Assembly: GCA_964567855.1 (NCBI GenBank)
Contig: CAZMOE010000007.1
Span: 32,614 to 96,613 of the forward strand
Length of the DNA: 64,000 nt
Source of the DNA: an uncultured Prevotellaceae bacterium
GTDB lineage: Bacteria > Bacteroidota > Bacteroidia > Bacteroidales > UBA3663
Direction of reading: 5' to 3'
Part shown: piece after piece, positions 39,879-48,538 of the stretch
Layout: every line of letters begins with the position of its first letter
Position numbering within the stretch: the stretch's first letter is position 1
Made by a program: the position numbers and the translations under genes
Notes under the pieces: generated by a model
Told to the model about the DNA's origin: nothing
Databases searched by the model: none
What the model saw: the letters and a program-made list of their open reading frames with translations, nothing else

Positions 39879-40907
39879 TCACTTCTTCAGTTCTTCCAGC
39901 TGTTTCTGGAGTTGTTTTACAGTCTCACGCAGATTTCCCAGCTGTTTAATCATGACGGTTTGCCGTGCAAAGTCTCGTGCGGGCACTGCAGGATAGCCCA
40001 TGACGACTTGTCCGTCCTTGACGTTGTTCGGAATACCCGATTGGGCGCCGACCTGCACCCGGTCTCCGATTCTGAGGTGGCCGGCAACACCGACTTGTCC
40101 TGCCAAAGTGCAATGGTCGCCGATTTTGGCGGAGCCGGCAACGCCTACCTGTGCGCAGAGAACTGTATTCTGACCGATTTCGACGTTGTGTCCGATCTGT
40201 ACCAAATTGTCGAGCTTGGAGCCTTTGCCGATGCGGGTGCTGCCCATTGTGGCACGGTCTATTGTCGTGTTGGCGCCGATTTCGATATCGTCTTCAAGAA
40301 CGACATTTCCGATCTGGGCGATTTTCTGATAACCTTCGCCGGTGGGGGCAAAGCCGAAACCGTCCGCCCCGATGACTACGCCGGCGTGCAGTGTGCAACG
40401 GTTGCCGATTTCGCAGTCATGATAGATCTTGACTCCCGGATAAAGGGTTACGTCATCGCCGATTTTTACATTGTCGCCGATATAGACCTGCGGATAGATC
40501 TGGATATTTTTTCCCAGGGTAACTCCTTTGCCGATGTAGGAGAATGCTCCGATGTAGGCTTCCTCGGGGATTACAACTCCTTCGGCGATATGACAGGGCT
40601 CTTCGCGTCCGCTTCTTTTCTGTCGCATGGAAGAAACCATATTCAGCAACATGGCGATACATGCGTAAGCGTCGTCGACTTTAATGAGCGTAGCAGCAGT
40701 TTCATTTTCAGGCTCGAAGGTTTTATTGACGAGGACGATGCTGGCTTGCGTAGTATAAAGATACTGTGAATATTTTAAGTTGGCCAAGAAAGAGAGCGTA
40801 CCGGGTTTTCCCTCCTCAATCTTGGAAACGTTGCTGACTTTCACGTTTGGATCTCCCTCAACGGTGCCGTGAAGAAAGTCGGCAATCTGTTGCGCTGTAA
40901 ATTCCAT
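39879..40907 (-). CDS. lpxD: UDP-3-O-acylglucosamine N-acyltransferase
   Basis: ATG at 40907 ([43 protein letters not shown]). Long hexapeptide-repeat body. Confidence 0.93.
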   Translation of the reverse strand: MEFTAQQIADFLHGTVEGDPNVKVSNVSKIEEGKPGTLSFLANLKYSQYLYTTQASIVLVNKTFEPENETAATLIKVDDAYACIAMLLNMVSSMRQKRSGREEPCHIAEGVVIPEEAYIGAFSYIGKGVTLGKNIQIYPQVYIGDNVKIGDDVTLYPGVKIYHDCEIGNRCTLHAGVVIGADGFGFAPTGEGYQKIAQIGNVVLEDDIEIGANTTIDRATMGSTRIGKGSKLDNLVQIGHNVEIGQNTVLCAQVGVAGSAKIGDHCTLAGQVGVAGHLRIGDRVQVGAQSGIPNNVKDGQVVMGYPAVPARDFARQTVMIKQLGNLRETVKQLQKQLEELKK

Positions 40908-41014
40908 AATAAATGTATTTCGCACTTTGTTATTGTGTGCAAATTTCGTACTTTTTTTTTAATTAGCTTCTATGTTTAGGCTCTTTTCTTATGATTGGGG
41001 AGGAAAATAATTGG

Positions 41015-41022
41015 CAAATGTA
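41015..41022 (-). promoter_or_regulatory. candidate -7 box TAcaTTTG for the lpxD operon
   Basis: caaatgta on the plus strand, 108 nt upstream of the lpxD ATG. Confidence 0.3.
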
Positions 41023-41083
41023 TATTGGAAACTTGTTTTTTGACAAAATTTAACCCTGGCCCATCCTTTGCTGATGAAATCTT

Positions 41084-41091
41084 TAATTTTG
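41084..41091 (+). promoter_or_regulatory. orphan plus-strand -7-like box TAatTTTG
   Basis: Exact TAnnTTTG match in a 525-nt spacer flanked by two minus-strand genes. No credible plus-strand CDS lies downstream. Confidence 0.2.
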
Positions 41092-41450
41092 CAGGGGGCT
41101 GTTGGCTGAGGCTCATCGCATGGCATATATCGGTCGGTTATTCCGATGAAGAAAGGGCTGGAAAAGCTCTTCGGTATGGTGTTATTTTCTCATAATGGCG
41201 CTGTTATATGTTGCAGGAAACCGTCATCGGCTTTCTGCGATATTCCATTGTGTTTCGGGCGAAAGATATGGATTTTTCTTTTACTGGTGTTTCCTGAAAC
41301 GCGGACGGCCTTTCTTTGTCAGAGGGACGGAATTCCTATACATGTTAACGTTTTTTTTGAGAATCCGGAGGAATAAAATGTAACCGCGTTGGGGAGGATG
41401 TTGACAAGAGGTTCTGCCGGTTGTGTGGAAAGCATTTGCGCCGGTATGGG

Positions 41451-42575
41451 TCACTTCGTTTGTGAAGCATTCAGGAGCAGATAGGCAGCAAAGTGGCTTC
41501 CTTTCAGGATGGGAGTGAGGGGAATGTAGCCGGAAATGAATTGTTTTTCTGTCTCGACGGCTGGAAAGTTGCGTTTCAGTGTATTTTGCTCTTCCGCGAG
41601 CGCCGCGCTGTCTTTCGCATGGGAAATAATGAATCGGCCGGAGCTTTCCGGATGGACCTTCCGGTCAAAAATCCGGCGGGCGACGACCCCCATCGTACAG
41701 CGTGCGTTCAGCTCTATGCAGGGGTGGATACAGGGTTGCTGGTTGGGGTCCCTGAATATCATCAGATCGACACCGACATAGCCGAGAGAATAAGGTCGCC
41801 GGAGAAATGGAGCGAAAAGTGCGGGAAGAATTCTTGTCCGGTACAGATCGCCGAGGCTTTTGAGTGTGTTGGCGGAAACCCATTGGCCGAGATATCGCAC
41901 TATCTGTTCGTTGCTCATGATCCGGCCATTCTGATAGGTGCCTTTCGGGTCTGTGTCGAAAAGAGAATAGCCGACAAATTGCACCTCCTGCCTGCCGATA
42001 TAGAAAAGCATGGCAAAATCCTGCACCTTCGGGTATTCCTGTTCCAATATCACGCCGCCCATTTCGCGCAGAATGGCCTTGCCCCGTTTCAGCAGTAATT
42101 CGGGAGGTGTTATACGGCTCCAACAAAGTCCCCGGCCGCTGCTGCTCCAGGGCGATTTGAGCAGAAATGGTCGTGTATTGCCGGCAATGGCTGCCACCAG
42201 CTCTTTTTCAGATGTCAGAAATTCGGGGAACCGTATAGCATCGAATGTAGCGGACAGATCCGGCACCGCCTCTTGCTTTATCTGCTGCAGCAATCTGATT
42301 GTCGTTTGCCGGGAGGAGATCGTTCTCAGTTCTGCCAGTTCCTGCAGCGATGGCAATTGCGTTTCTTCTGCTCCTGCATGCAGGAACGATTGCCGGATTT
42401 CATAATTCCATCCCCATGGAAGCGGTAGCGCCGAAGGCGGGTCCGGCTGCCACCAGGAAGATAGTGCTTCAAGATCTTTTTGAAGCTGTAAAGCGGCAGT
42501 AGGAGGTGTAAAATGGCGTACGCCGTTGGCTAATGCCAGATCGTGTGCCGGATAAAAAAGTGCGGGAAGGGCCAT
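41451..42575 (-). CDS. conserved hypothetical cytoplasmic protein, possible ATP-grasp fold
   Basis: Start trimmed to ATG 42575 (MALPALFYPAHD) to avoid overlap with the upstream gene. Weak ATP-grasp-like elements FLLKSPWSSSGRGL and IELNARCTMG. No signal peptide. Confidence 0.55.
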   Translation of the reverse strand: MALPALFYPAHDLALANGVRHFTPPTAALQLQKDLEALSSWWQPDPPSALPLPWGWNYEIRQSFLHAGAEETQLPSLQELAELRTISSRQTTIRLLQQIKQEAVPDLSATFDAIRFPEFLTSEKELVAAIAGNTRPFLLKSPWSSSGRGLCWSRITPPELLLKRGKAILREMGGVILEQEYPKVQDFAMLFYIGRQEVQFVGYSLFDTDPKGTYQNGRIMSNEQIVRYLGQWVSANTLKSLGDLYRTRILPALFAPFLRRPYSLGYVGVDLMIFRDPNQQPCIHPCIELNARCTMGVVARRIFDRKVHPESSGRFIISHAKDSAALAEEQNTLKRNFPAVETEKQFISGYIPLTPILKGSHFAAYLLLNASQTK

Positions 42576-42600
42576 ACAGCATGTCGATAACGGTTGCCGC

Positions 42601-43098
42601 CTAAAATAACCGGCTGCAGATAGCGTCGGCGGTGTAATAAAAAAGGACGGCAGAGGTAATGAGTTTGATTCCGGTGGTAAGAATGAAGGCTGCAAAAGAG
42701 TAAAAGGCTATTTTCAGGGCTTTCCCCATCGGGGCATTGGCCGATAACTCTCCGAGAAAGGCCCCCACAAACGGGCCGAGTACCAGACCGTAAGGAGGAA
42801 AGAGGAAAAGACCGACAAGTGTGCCTATTACGGAACCGGTAACGGCTCTTTTCGATCCGCCGCCCCATTTGGTAAACCATCCGGGGGCAAAATAGTCGAT
42901 GAGGGATACGAAAAGCATAATGACGCCTGTCACGGCCAGCAATGTCCATGAAACCTCTTCGGGTGCGATGTATTTGGCAATGAGCAGGGCTACATAATTG
43001 AGTGGCGGGCCGGGAACGGCGGGTACGATGGCTCCGATAAGTCCGATGACGGAAATGATTACAGCGGCGATGATGGCAATGACGATGAGCGGTTCCAT
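42601..43098 (-). CDS. DUF456 family multi-pass membrane protein
   Basis: 165 aa with 4 hydrophobic segments. Motif WGGGSKRAVTGSVIGTLVGLFLFPPYGLVLGPFVGAFLGEL. Confidence 0.75.
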   Translation of the reverse strand: MEPLIVIAIIAAVIISVIGLIGAIVPAVPGPPLNYVALLIAKYIAPEEVSWTLLAVTGVIMLFVSLIDYFAPGWFTKWGGGSKRAVTGSVIGTLVGLFLFPPYGLVLGPFVGAFLGELSANAPMGKALKIAFYSFAAFILTTGIKLITSAVLFYYTADAICSRLF

Positions 43099-43119
43099 AA
43101 ATGAAGAAAATTAAGGGAT

Positions 43120-44049
43120 CTATAGTTCGGCCTTGATGGTGTTAAGCACCTCGCGGGTTTCGGCATTATAAACAAAAGCTACCGCTTCGCAGTTTTCGGG
43201 TATGAAATTTTTCCCTTCGGCCGACCATTCGCAGACGTTGGTAGCGAGATAAAAACCGATGTTCCTGTCTGATTGCAGGACGACGGATTCTCCCCAGTCG
43301 CCGTTGACGGCCTCGCGCAGGACATGGTTGTGGAGGTATGCCGATGTGCCGCTTTTGTGGGCTTGTAGACCGTTAATGCCGTTTTCGATGATCCAGAGCT
43401 GTAGTTTCAGCGGGGTTTCAATCTTGCTGTGCGAAAGAAGAAGGGTGGTGATCGTATAGATGCCGTTTTGTTCCTTGACGTCCAGGCCTAAAGAGATCAG
43501 AGGCGCGGAATTGTCGATGTTGTAAGCATAATAGCTGTCGAACGCTGTGGCTGTGGCAATATTCTGTACCGTAGCGGTGTCTCCGCTGAAAAGGTATCTG
43601 CCATCCTGCTTGATGCGGTTGACGGCTATGGCCGGCAGGGAGAGATTGGCGGCACTGCCTCCGAAATAATCTCCGTAAGTGTCGGCCAAAGCAGAGCTTA
43701 ATTGGAATGGAAAGCCCGGCGCAGTTCTGGAAAGCAGGTTGGAGGCCGGATGCAGACCCACTACGATGGCCTGATAGTCCGGTTTGATTTTATTATCGAT
43801 GAATGCGGCGATGTTCGGACAGTTTGTGCAATTCCATCCGGTATAGTCTTCGATCAGGGGACGGTGCATCTGGATGACTTCAAATCCGATGCCTTCTGCC
43901 TCTATCAGGATTGTGTCCGGAGTGAAAACGAAAGGAGTTACCTCGCCGGGGATGAAACGTTCGTTTTCGTCGATGTCGTCGCAGCTATTGAAAAGGGTGG
44001 CAACGATCATGCCGCACAGGGCTGCCTTGGTGAATATATTCTTTTTCAT
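43120..44049 (-). CDS. Omp28-related lipoprotein with thioredoxin-like CXXC motif
   Basis: Lipobox LFNSC followed by the acidic stretch DDIDENE. Motif LIEDYTGWNCTNCPN (CXXC). 309 aa. Confidence 0.65.
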   Translation of the reverse strand: MKKNIFTKAALCGMIVATLFNSCDDIDENERFIPGEVTPFVFTPDTILIEAEGIGFEVIQMHRPLIEDYTGWNCTNCPNIAAFIDNKIKPDYQAIVVGLHPASNLLSRTAPGFPFQLSSALADTYGDYFGGSAANLSLPAIAVNRIKQDGRYLFSGDTATVQNIATATAFDSYYAYNIDNSAPLISLGLDVKEQNGIYTITTLLLSHSKIETPLKLQLWIIENGINGLQAHKSGTSAYLHNHVLREAVNGDWGESVVLQSDRNIGFYLATNVCEWSAEGKNFIPENCEAVAFVYNAETREVLNTIKAEL

Positions 44050-44070
44050 GATGTTCGGGGCCGTTCGTTA

Positions 44071-45813
44071 TCAGAAGTTATAGTTGTAGGAAAGAGTGAG
44101 GCCGCGGCTGGCGGGTACTTTCCGGCAGACACCGCCGTTGCAGTTGAGACCCTCGCGAGTGCGACCGTAACCCAGCTGGATTCGGTGTGATGCCACGCTG
44201 TAGACAACGTTTCCGTTCACGTAGTGTGTGTCGGTCTCTCCGTTGTTCCACATGTCGGATATCGTCAGCATCCATCCTGGCTGAATGGAGGCCTCGAGCA
44301 GGGCGAATGACCAGTCGCCCAAGTCTTGACTGGTCTGAAGATACTGTATTTCTCCTCGCAATATCCATTGGTCGGAGGCCTGCCATCTGGCTTCTAAGAC
44401 GCCGATATTGCTTCTGACGATTTTACCGTTGACGGTGTGGCCTTCGATAATTTCCTGATTGTACTGTTGATTCATGTACATGGCCGTCAGTTTCCACCGT
44501 GGGCTGAGTTTCTTTTCCATGGAGACGTTGACATCCTGATAGTAAACCTCGTCAGTCATGCCGAAGAAGGGGGCCGTATAGCCGTCGGTTCCGGTCAGGG
44601 TACCTAAGACGGACGGGGATTTCATTTTTTTATCGAGTCCCCTGATGTGGGACGCGTTGATTTTAAAAAGTGTACCGTATTTGCCGCCTAATGCTGTTTT
44701 TCGTTTGAATCGGTAGGAGACTTCTCCCTGAAATGCCCATTCGCCGTCCATTTGTGTTCCGTAAGGATAGAGTGAGGTGAGCGCATAGGTGTGCTGATAG
44801 GCAAACGCAGGCTGGTGGTTGAGGTAGCCGCTGGTGACGGTGGGATTCATATCGCGTTGCATGCGGAAGCCCATGTTTTCACTGCGTTTGGCCTGCAGGA
44901 GAGTGCTGAATCCGGAGCGGGAATAGGAGGCGGAAAGCATGGTTGCCTCGCCTTTTTTATAGATATAACTGTTGTCGGCAGAAGGATCATTGGCTTTGAT
45001 GGCGTATTCTCCGAGCAGGTTGTATCCACCCTTTTGATATTGTATGCGGAAGTCCATAGCCCCGATGTTTTCCGGGAGCCGGAGTGTGTAATGGGTAACG
45101 TTCGGATAGTCGGTGATCTGCCATTGGCTCGTGGCGTCGCCCTCATGTTTGCTGACTCCTCCGATGCCTATCGTGAGGTAATGGCCGTTGTCGTTGAGTC
45201 TCCGGATCCATTGGCCGAGGCTTAATTCGACATCAGCACCAAGCACATGACTGTCGGTCCAGGAGAAGTGGTAACGCTGAACACCCCCTAGGGCCTTGAT
45301 CTGTATCCCTTTATAAGGTCGGAGCACCAACCGGCCGCCCAGGATCGAGTTGTCTATACCTAAATTGCGGTCCTCATAGGCCCGGAGGATGAATCCGCTT
45401 CCGAATTGCTCGTAAAAAGTTCCGGCGGTCAACTCCGCCCATTTGTAACGGCCGGTAATCTGGAAAAAGGGAAGGCCGGTACCATGGAATGGTTCGCTAT
45501 CGAAAGTATTTTCAAAGCCGGGCAGAGGGTTTTCCATGGTTTCAAAACGGAGGCCGGCTGTCAGGTATTTGCTTTCGAGGTTTACCCCGATGTAGGTATT
45601 GCCGATGAGGTCGGTTTTGTAATCCGATTTGCGGGCGTTGATGGCATCGTCGTTTTCTGGGGCCAACCAGTCTGTCTGTATGCTGCCGGTAACAGAGACT
45701 TTATCCTCTCCGTTTTGGGCGGAAAGAGGTATTGACAGCAGGCAAAGAAGGCTGCATATGGAAAATGTGCGGATCATGAAAAAAGTGATGAATGGTAAGG
45801 AACGGGAGGTCAT
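44071..45813 (-). CDS. large predicted outer-membrane beta-barrel protein (DUF6029-like)
   Basis: About 580 aa with signal peptide ...SICSLLCLLSIPLSAQ. Alternating beta-strand pattern throughout and a C-terminal aromatic end LTLSYNYNF. Alternative starts at 45828 (TTG) and 45777 (ATG). Confidence 0.65.
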   Translation of the reverse strand: MTSRSLPFITFFMIRTFSICSLLCLLSIPLSAQNGEDKVSVTGSIQTDWLAPENDDAINARKSDYKTDLIGNTYIGVNLESKYLTAGLRFETMENPLPGFENTFDSEPFHGTGLPFFQITGRYKWAELTAGTFYEQFGSGFILRAYEDRNLGIDNSILGGRLVLRPYKGIQIKALGGVQRYHFSWTDSHVLGADVELSLGQWIRRLNDNGHYLTIGIGGVSKHEGDATSQWQITDYPNVTHYTLRLPENIGAMDFRIQYQKGGYNLLGEYAIKANDPSADNSYIYKKGEATMLSASYSRSGFSTLLQAKRSENMGFRMQRDMNPTVTSGYLNHQPAFAYQHTYALTSLYPYGTQMDGEWAFQGEVSYRFKRKTALGGKYGTLFKINASHIRGLDKKMKSPSVLGTLTGTDGYTAPFFGMTDEVYYQDVNVSMEKKLSPRWKLTAMYMNQQYNQEIIEGHTVNGKIVRSNIGVLEARWQASDQWILRGEIQYLQTSQDLGDWSFALLEASIQPGWMLTISDMWNNGETDTHYVNGNVVYSVASHRIQLGYGRTREGLNCNGGVCRKVPASRGLTLSYNYNF

Positions 45814-45837
45814 ATTTCTCCCCTTCAAAGATTGTGC

Positions 45838-46323
45838 TTATTTTATCAGAGCCTTGATTTCTTTGTAGAGGACATTTTCGTCGCCGTCTTTATAGCCGAT
45901 GTGGGAATAAACCTTGTTGCCTTTGCCGTCGAAAAGGAAGACATGGGGGATGCTGGTGACTCCCATGGCCCGTTTGAAATCGCCGTTGATGTCCAAGAGT
46001 ACGTCGTACTCAAAGCCTTTGCCGTCGACAAGAGGTTTGACCTTATTCGCATCCTGTGCCTGATCGATCGAGACGGCAATGAGGCGTACGCCGGTTTTTT
46101 CCTGCCAGTCGGCATATACTTCGTTGACCGCGGTCAGTTCCCGGAGACAAGGTTTGCACCAGGTGGCGAAGAAGCTGATCACGAAAGGTTTTCCATCGTT
46201 GTTGAGTTCTGCTGTATTGATGGTTTTCCCGTTGATGTCTTTCAGTTTGACGGACGGAATCTGGGCGAATGCGGTTGCACATACCAGAAAAAGGAAAGCG
46301 GCGAAAGTGAATATCTTTTTCAT
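45838..46323 (-). CDS. TlpA/ResA-family thiol:disulfide oxidoreductase
   Basis: 161 aa with a signal peptide. Thioredoxin motif FVISFFATWCKPCLRELTAV. Confidence 0.88.
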   Translation of the reverse strand: MKKIFTFAAFLFLVCATAFAQIPSVKLKDINGKTINTAELNNDGKPFVISFFATWCKPCLRELTAVNEVYADWQEKTGVRLIAVSIDQAQDANKVKPLVDGKGFEYDVLLDINGDFKRAMGVTSIPHVFLFDGKGNKVYSHIGYKDGDENVLYKEIKALIK

Positions 46324-46391
46324 AATGGGTTATAGTGATATAATGATGATTGGTTGATGTTTTCAGTTAGTGTCGGATGTTCCCGACGCGG

Positions 46392-46399
46392 CAAAGATA
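46392..46399 (-). promoter_or_regulatory. -7 box TAtcTTTG for the TlpA-led operon
   Basis: caaagata on the plus strand, 69 nt upstream of ATG 46323. Confidence 0.4.
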
Positions 46400-46617
46400 T
46401 GGAAAATCTCCCGAATAAACGAATAAAACGGGAGAAATGGCCGTGAACAGCTTCATGATAAAGCATTTATGAAAACAATATTTTGCAGTGGCATGAAAGA
46501 GAATGTCTCTGGAATATTTGCTACCGTTTCGAACGTTGGTGACGCGTGTCGAAAAAAGACCGGTTGCGGGATTTGGGAGATAAGTGGTTATTCTTGCGTG
46601 GACTGTTCCGTCGTTTA

Positions 46618-46977
46618 TCAGCGAAGATTCGTCTGTCCGTATTTTCTTTCAAATACGACTCTGTTGGTTTCTCCCCACGTGATCATGGCATCCAGAATAG
46701 GGAGTAGAGAGTGTCCCAGCGGTGTCAGGGCATATTCTGACCGCGGCGGAAGTTCCGCATAAATGTTTTTTTCTATCAGCCCGTCTTCTGTCAGTTCTTT
46801 CAGCTGGAGGTCAAGCACGCGTGGTGTGGCCTCTGGCAGCGCTTTATGGAGTTCGCTGGGGCGCAGAGGTTTATATCGCAGTTCGTCCAGCAGACATGAT
46901 TTCCACTTAGAGGCAATCAGACTCATTGTCAGCCGCAACGGGCAGCTCATATCGATAGGTATTTTTCGTTCGTACAT
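46618..46977 (-). CDS. HxlR-family winged-helix transcriptional regulator
   Basis: Start at ATG 46977 (MYERKIPIDMSCPLRL). Motif CPLRLTMSLIASKWKSCLLDEL...RPSELHKALPEATPRVLDLQLKELTEDGLIEKNIY. Confidence 0.85.
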   Translation of the reverse strand: MYERKIPIDMSCPLRLTMSLIASKWKSCLLDELRYKPLRPSELHKALPEATPRVLDLQLKELTEDGLIEKNIYAELPPRSEYALTPLGHSLLPILDAMITWGETNRVVFERKYGQTNLR

Positions 46978-47000
46978 ACATTTTTTCGTTTTTACCTCTG

Positions 47001-47008
47001 CAAATATA
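47001..47008 (-). promoter_or_regulatory. -7 box TAtaTTTG for the HxlR gene
   Basis: caaatata on the plus strand, 24 nt upstream of ATG 46977. Confidence 0.4.
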
Positions 47009-47042
47009 GGTATAATGTGCAGGATGTCGGGTATATCGAAAA

Positions 47043-47072
47043 ATTTTTCAGTATCTGAATCATTTTTCAGTA
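47043..47072. promoter_or_regulatory. direct repeat ATTTTTCAGTA x2, a candidate HxlR operator
   Basis: Identical 11-mers at 47043-47053 and 47062-47072 (19-nt period) between the divergent -7 boxes. The second repeat runs into the palindrome AGTACT. Confidence 0.3.
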
Positions 47073-47096
47073 CTTGTGATTCTCTGCAGGGCCTTA

Positions 47097-47104
47097 TATC
47101 TTTG
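47097..47104 (+). promoter_or_regulatory. -7 box TAtcTTTG for the NTF2-like/Isf-like operon
   Basis: Lies 28 nt upstream of ATG 47132. Confidence 0.45.
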
Positions 47105-47131
47105 CAGTCAGAAACTAAAGATAATGTTATT

Positions 47132-47515
47132 ATGCGTGATTCAATTAAAGAATACGAAGCAGTCGAAGCGGCTGCCATGAAATTCGTCAGGAGTGTGGCT
47201 GAAGGCGATAGTCGCTATGCCCGCGAATTATTTACTGACGATGCCGTGTTGTTCGGCATCCTTGACGGGAAGCCGGAGCGGGGCTCTATCAATCAGTTTT
47301 ATCACAATGTCGACACTGTCAGCGCCGGTGACGGCTTCAAGGCTCGTGTCGATGTGGTGGCAGTGGAAGAGACGATGGCTGTTGTCCGTGTCCTTGAAGA
47401 GGGGTGGGGTGGCCGTATCGACTTTACCGATTACCTGTTGTTGTTGAAGCTGGACGGAGAGTGGCGTTGTGTGGCAAAGGCTTATAATCAGAATTCAAAT
47501 ACAATAGTAAAATGA
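47132..47515 (+). CDS. NTF2/SnoaL-like fold protein
   Basis: 127 aa from ATG 47132 (MRDSIKEYEAVEAAAMKFVRSVAEGDSRYARELFTDDAVLFG...). The longer ORF-track frame from 46763 overlaps the HxlR gene and was trimmed. Confidence 0.65.
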   Translation: MRDSIKEYEAVEAAAMKFVRSVAEGDSRYARELFTDDAVLFGILDGKPERGSINQFYHNVDTVSAGDGFKARVDVVAVEETMAVVRVLEEGWGGRIDFTDYLLLLKLDGEWRCVAKAYNQNSNTIVK

Positions 47516-48051
47516 AGATCGTAGTTATTACCGGAAGCCCACGTGTCAAAGGCAATAGTTTAGCTATGACGGATGCCTTTATTCAGGAGGCGGAAAAGGC
47601 CGGCCACAGCGTTGTACGCTTCGATGCGGCACAGATGAACATTGGCGGCTGCCGTGCTTGCGAAACCTGTTATAAGACAGGCAAGGCCTGTTCGTTTGAT
47701 GATGATTTCAACAAGATTGCTCCCGCTTTGCTCGATGTCGATGGCGTGGTCTTTTCCATGCCTGTCTATTGGTATTCCATTCCTGCGCAGATCAAGGGTG
47801 TTATTGACCGCATGTTTTCTCTTGTGGTGGGCGGCAAGCCTGTGGCAGGAAAAAAATGTGCACTCATTACTTGTTGCGAGGAAGATGATATTACTGTTAT
47901 GGACGGCGTGCGTATCCCTATGGAGCGTACTGTTCATTTGCTGCAATGGACGATGGTCGGCGAGGTACTTGTTCCCGGTGTGCTCAATGTGGGTGACATC
48001 GACCGGACAGATGGATGCCGGCAGACTGCCGAATTGGCCCATCGCTTCTGA
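47512..48051 (+). CDS. NAD(P)H-dependent FMN reductase / iron-sulfur flavoprotein (Isf)-like
   Basis: MKIVVITGSPRVKGNS. Cys cluster CRACETCYKTGKAC (CX2CX2CX6C). The start overlaps the upstream stop (ATGA). Confidence 0.75.
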   Translation: MKIVVITGSPRVKGNSLAMTDAFIQEAEKAGHSVVRFDAAQMNIGGCRACETCYKTGKACSFDDDFNKIAPALLDVDGVVFSMPVYWYSIPAQIKGVIDRMFSLVVGGKPVAGKKCALITCCEEDDITVMDGVRIPMERTVHLLQWTMVGEVLVPGVLNVGDIDRTDGCRQTAELAHRF

Positions 48052-48499
48052 TGGTAGGACCGGCAATGGTTTAGCGGCTGACGTCAATTACAGTCCGATT
48101 TGTTATCGGTGCTGACATTCAGGCTTTATATACCGGTCTATTCTAAGAATAAATTTTAAAAAAGGCTGTGTCTGCTCTGCTTGGAGTCATGACATGGCCG
48201 TTTTTACTGCCGTCGACAATCTTTTTTCTTGGTTACGTCTCTTTGCCGCGGGTTCATGCTACATGCGGTATTTTTCCTGTTTCCGGCCGGGGATGTTGTA
48301 TCTGCAGTGATGGGGACCGCTGAAAGAATCTTCGGGGATAGATCCAATCTGTTTCACAAATTTAAATGAGTTTTTGGGTAAAACGATAGTTGTATATTGT
48401 GCCGTATCTTTGTCTTCGGAAAGTAGTAAAGTGTGGGAATTCCGTAAAAATGGTTATATCATCTGTAATTCGGATAGTGTACATATAAATTATGTGCTT

Positions 48500-48507
48500 T
48501 ATCTTTG
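48500..48507 (+). promoter_or_regulatory. -7 box TAtcTTTG for the exported redox trio
   Basis: Lies 32 nt upstream of ATG 48539. A second identical box is at 48405-48412. Confidence 0.45.
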
Positions 48508-48538
48508 CCATCATAAAGAATGGTAAAAAATAAAAAAA

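Noticed and set aside
41092-41200. The stretch starting GGGGGCTGTTGGCTGAGG resembles the 5' end of 4.5S/SRP RNA and sits just after a promoter-like box.
   Set aside because: There is no GGAAGCAGCC-type domain IV motif and no complementary 3' strand (CAGCCCCC) within 150 nt.
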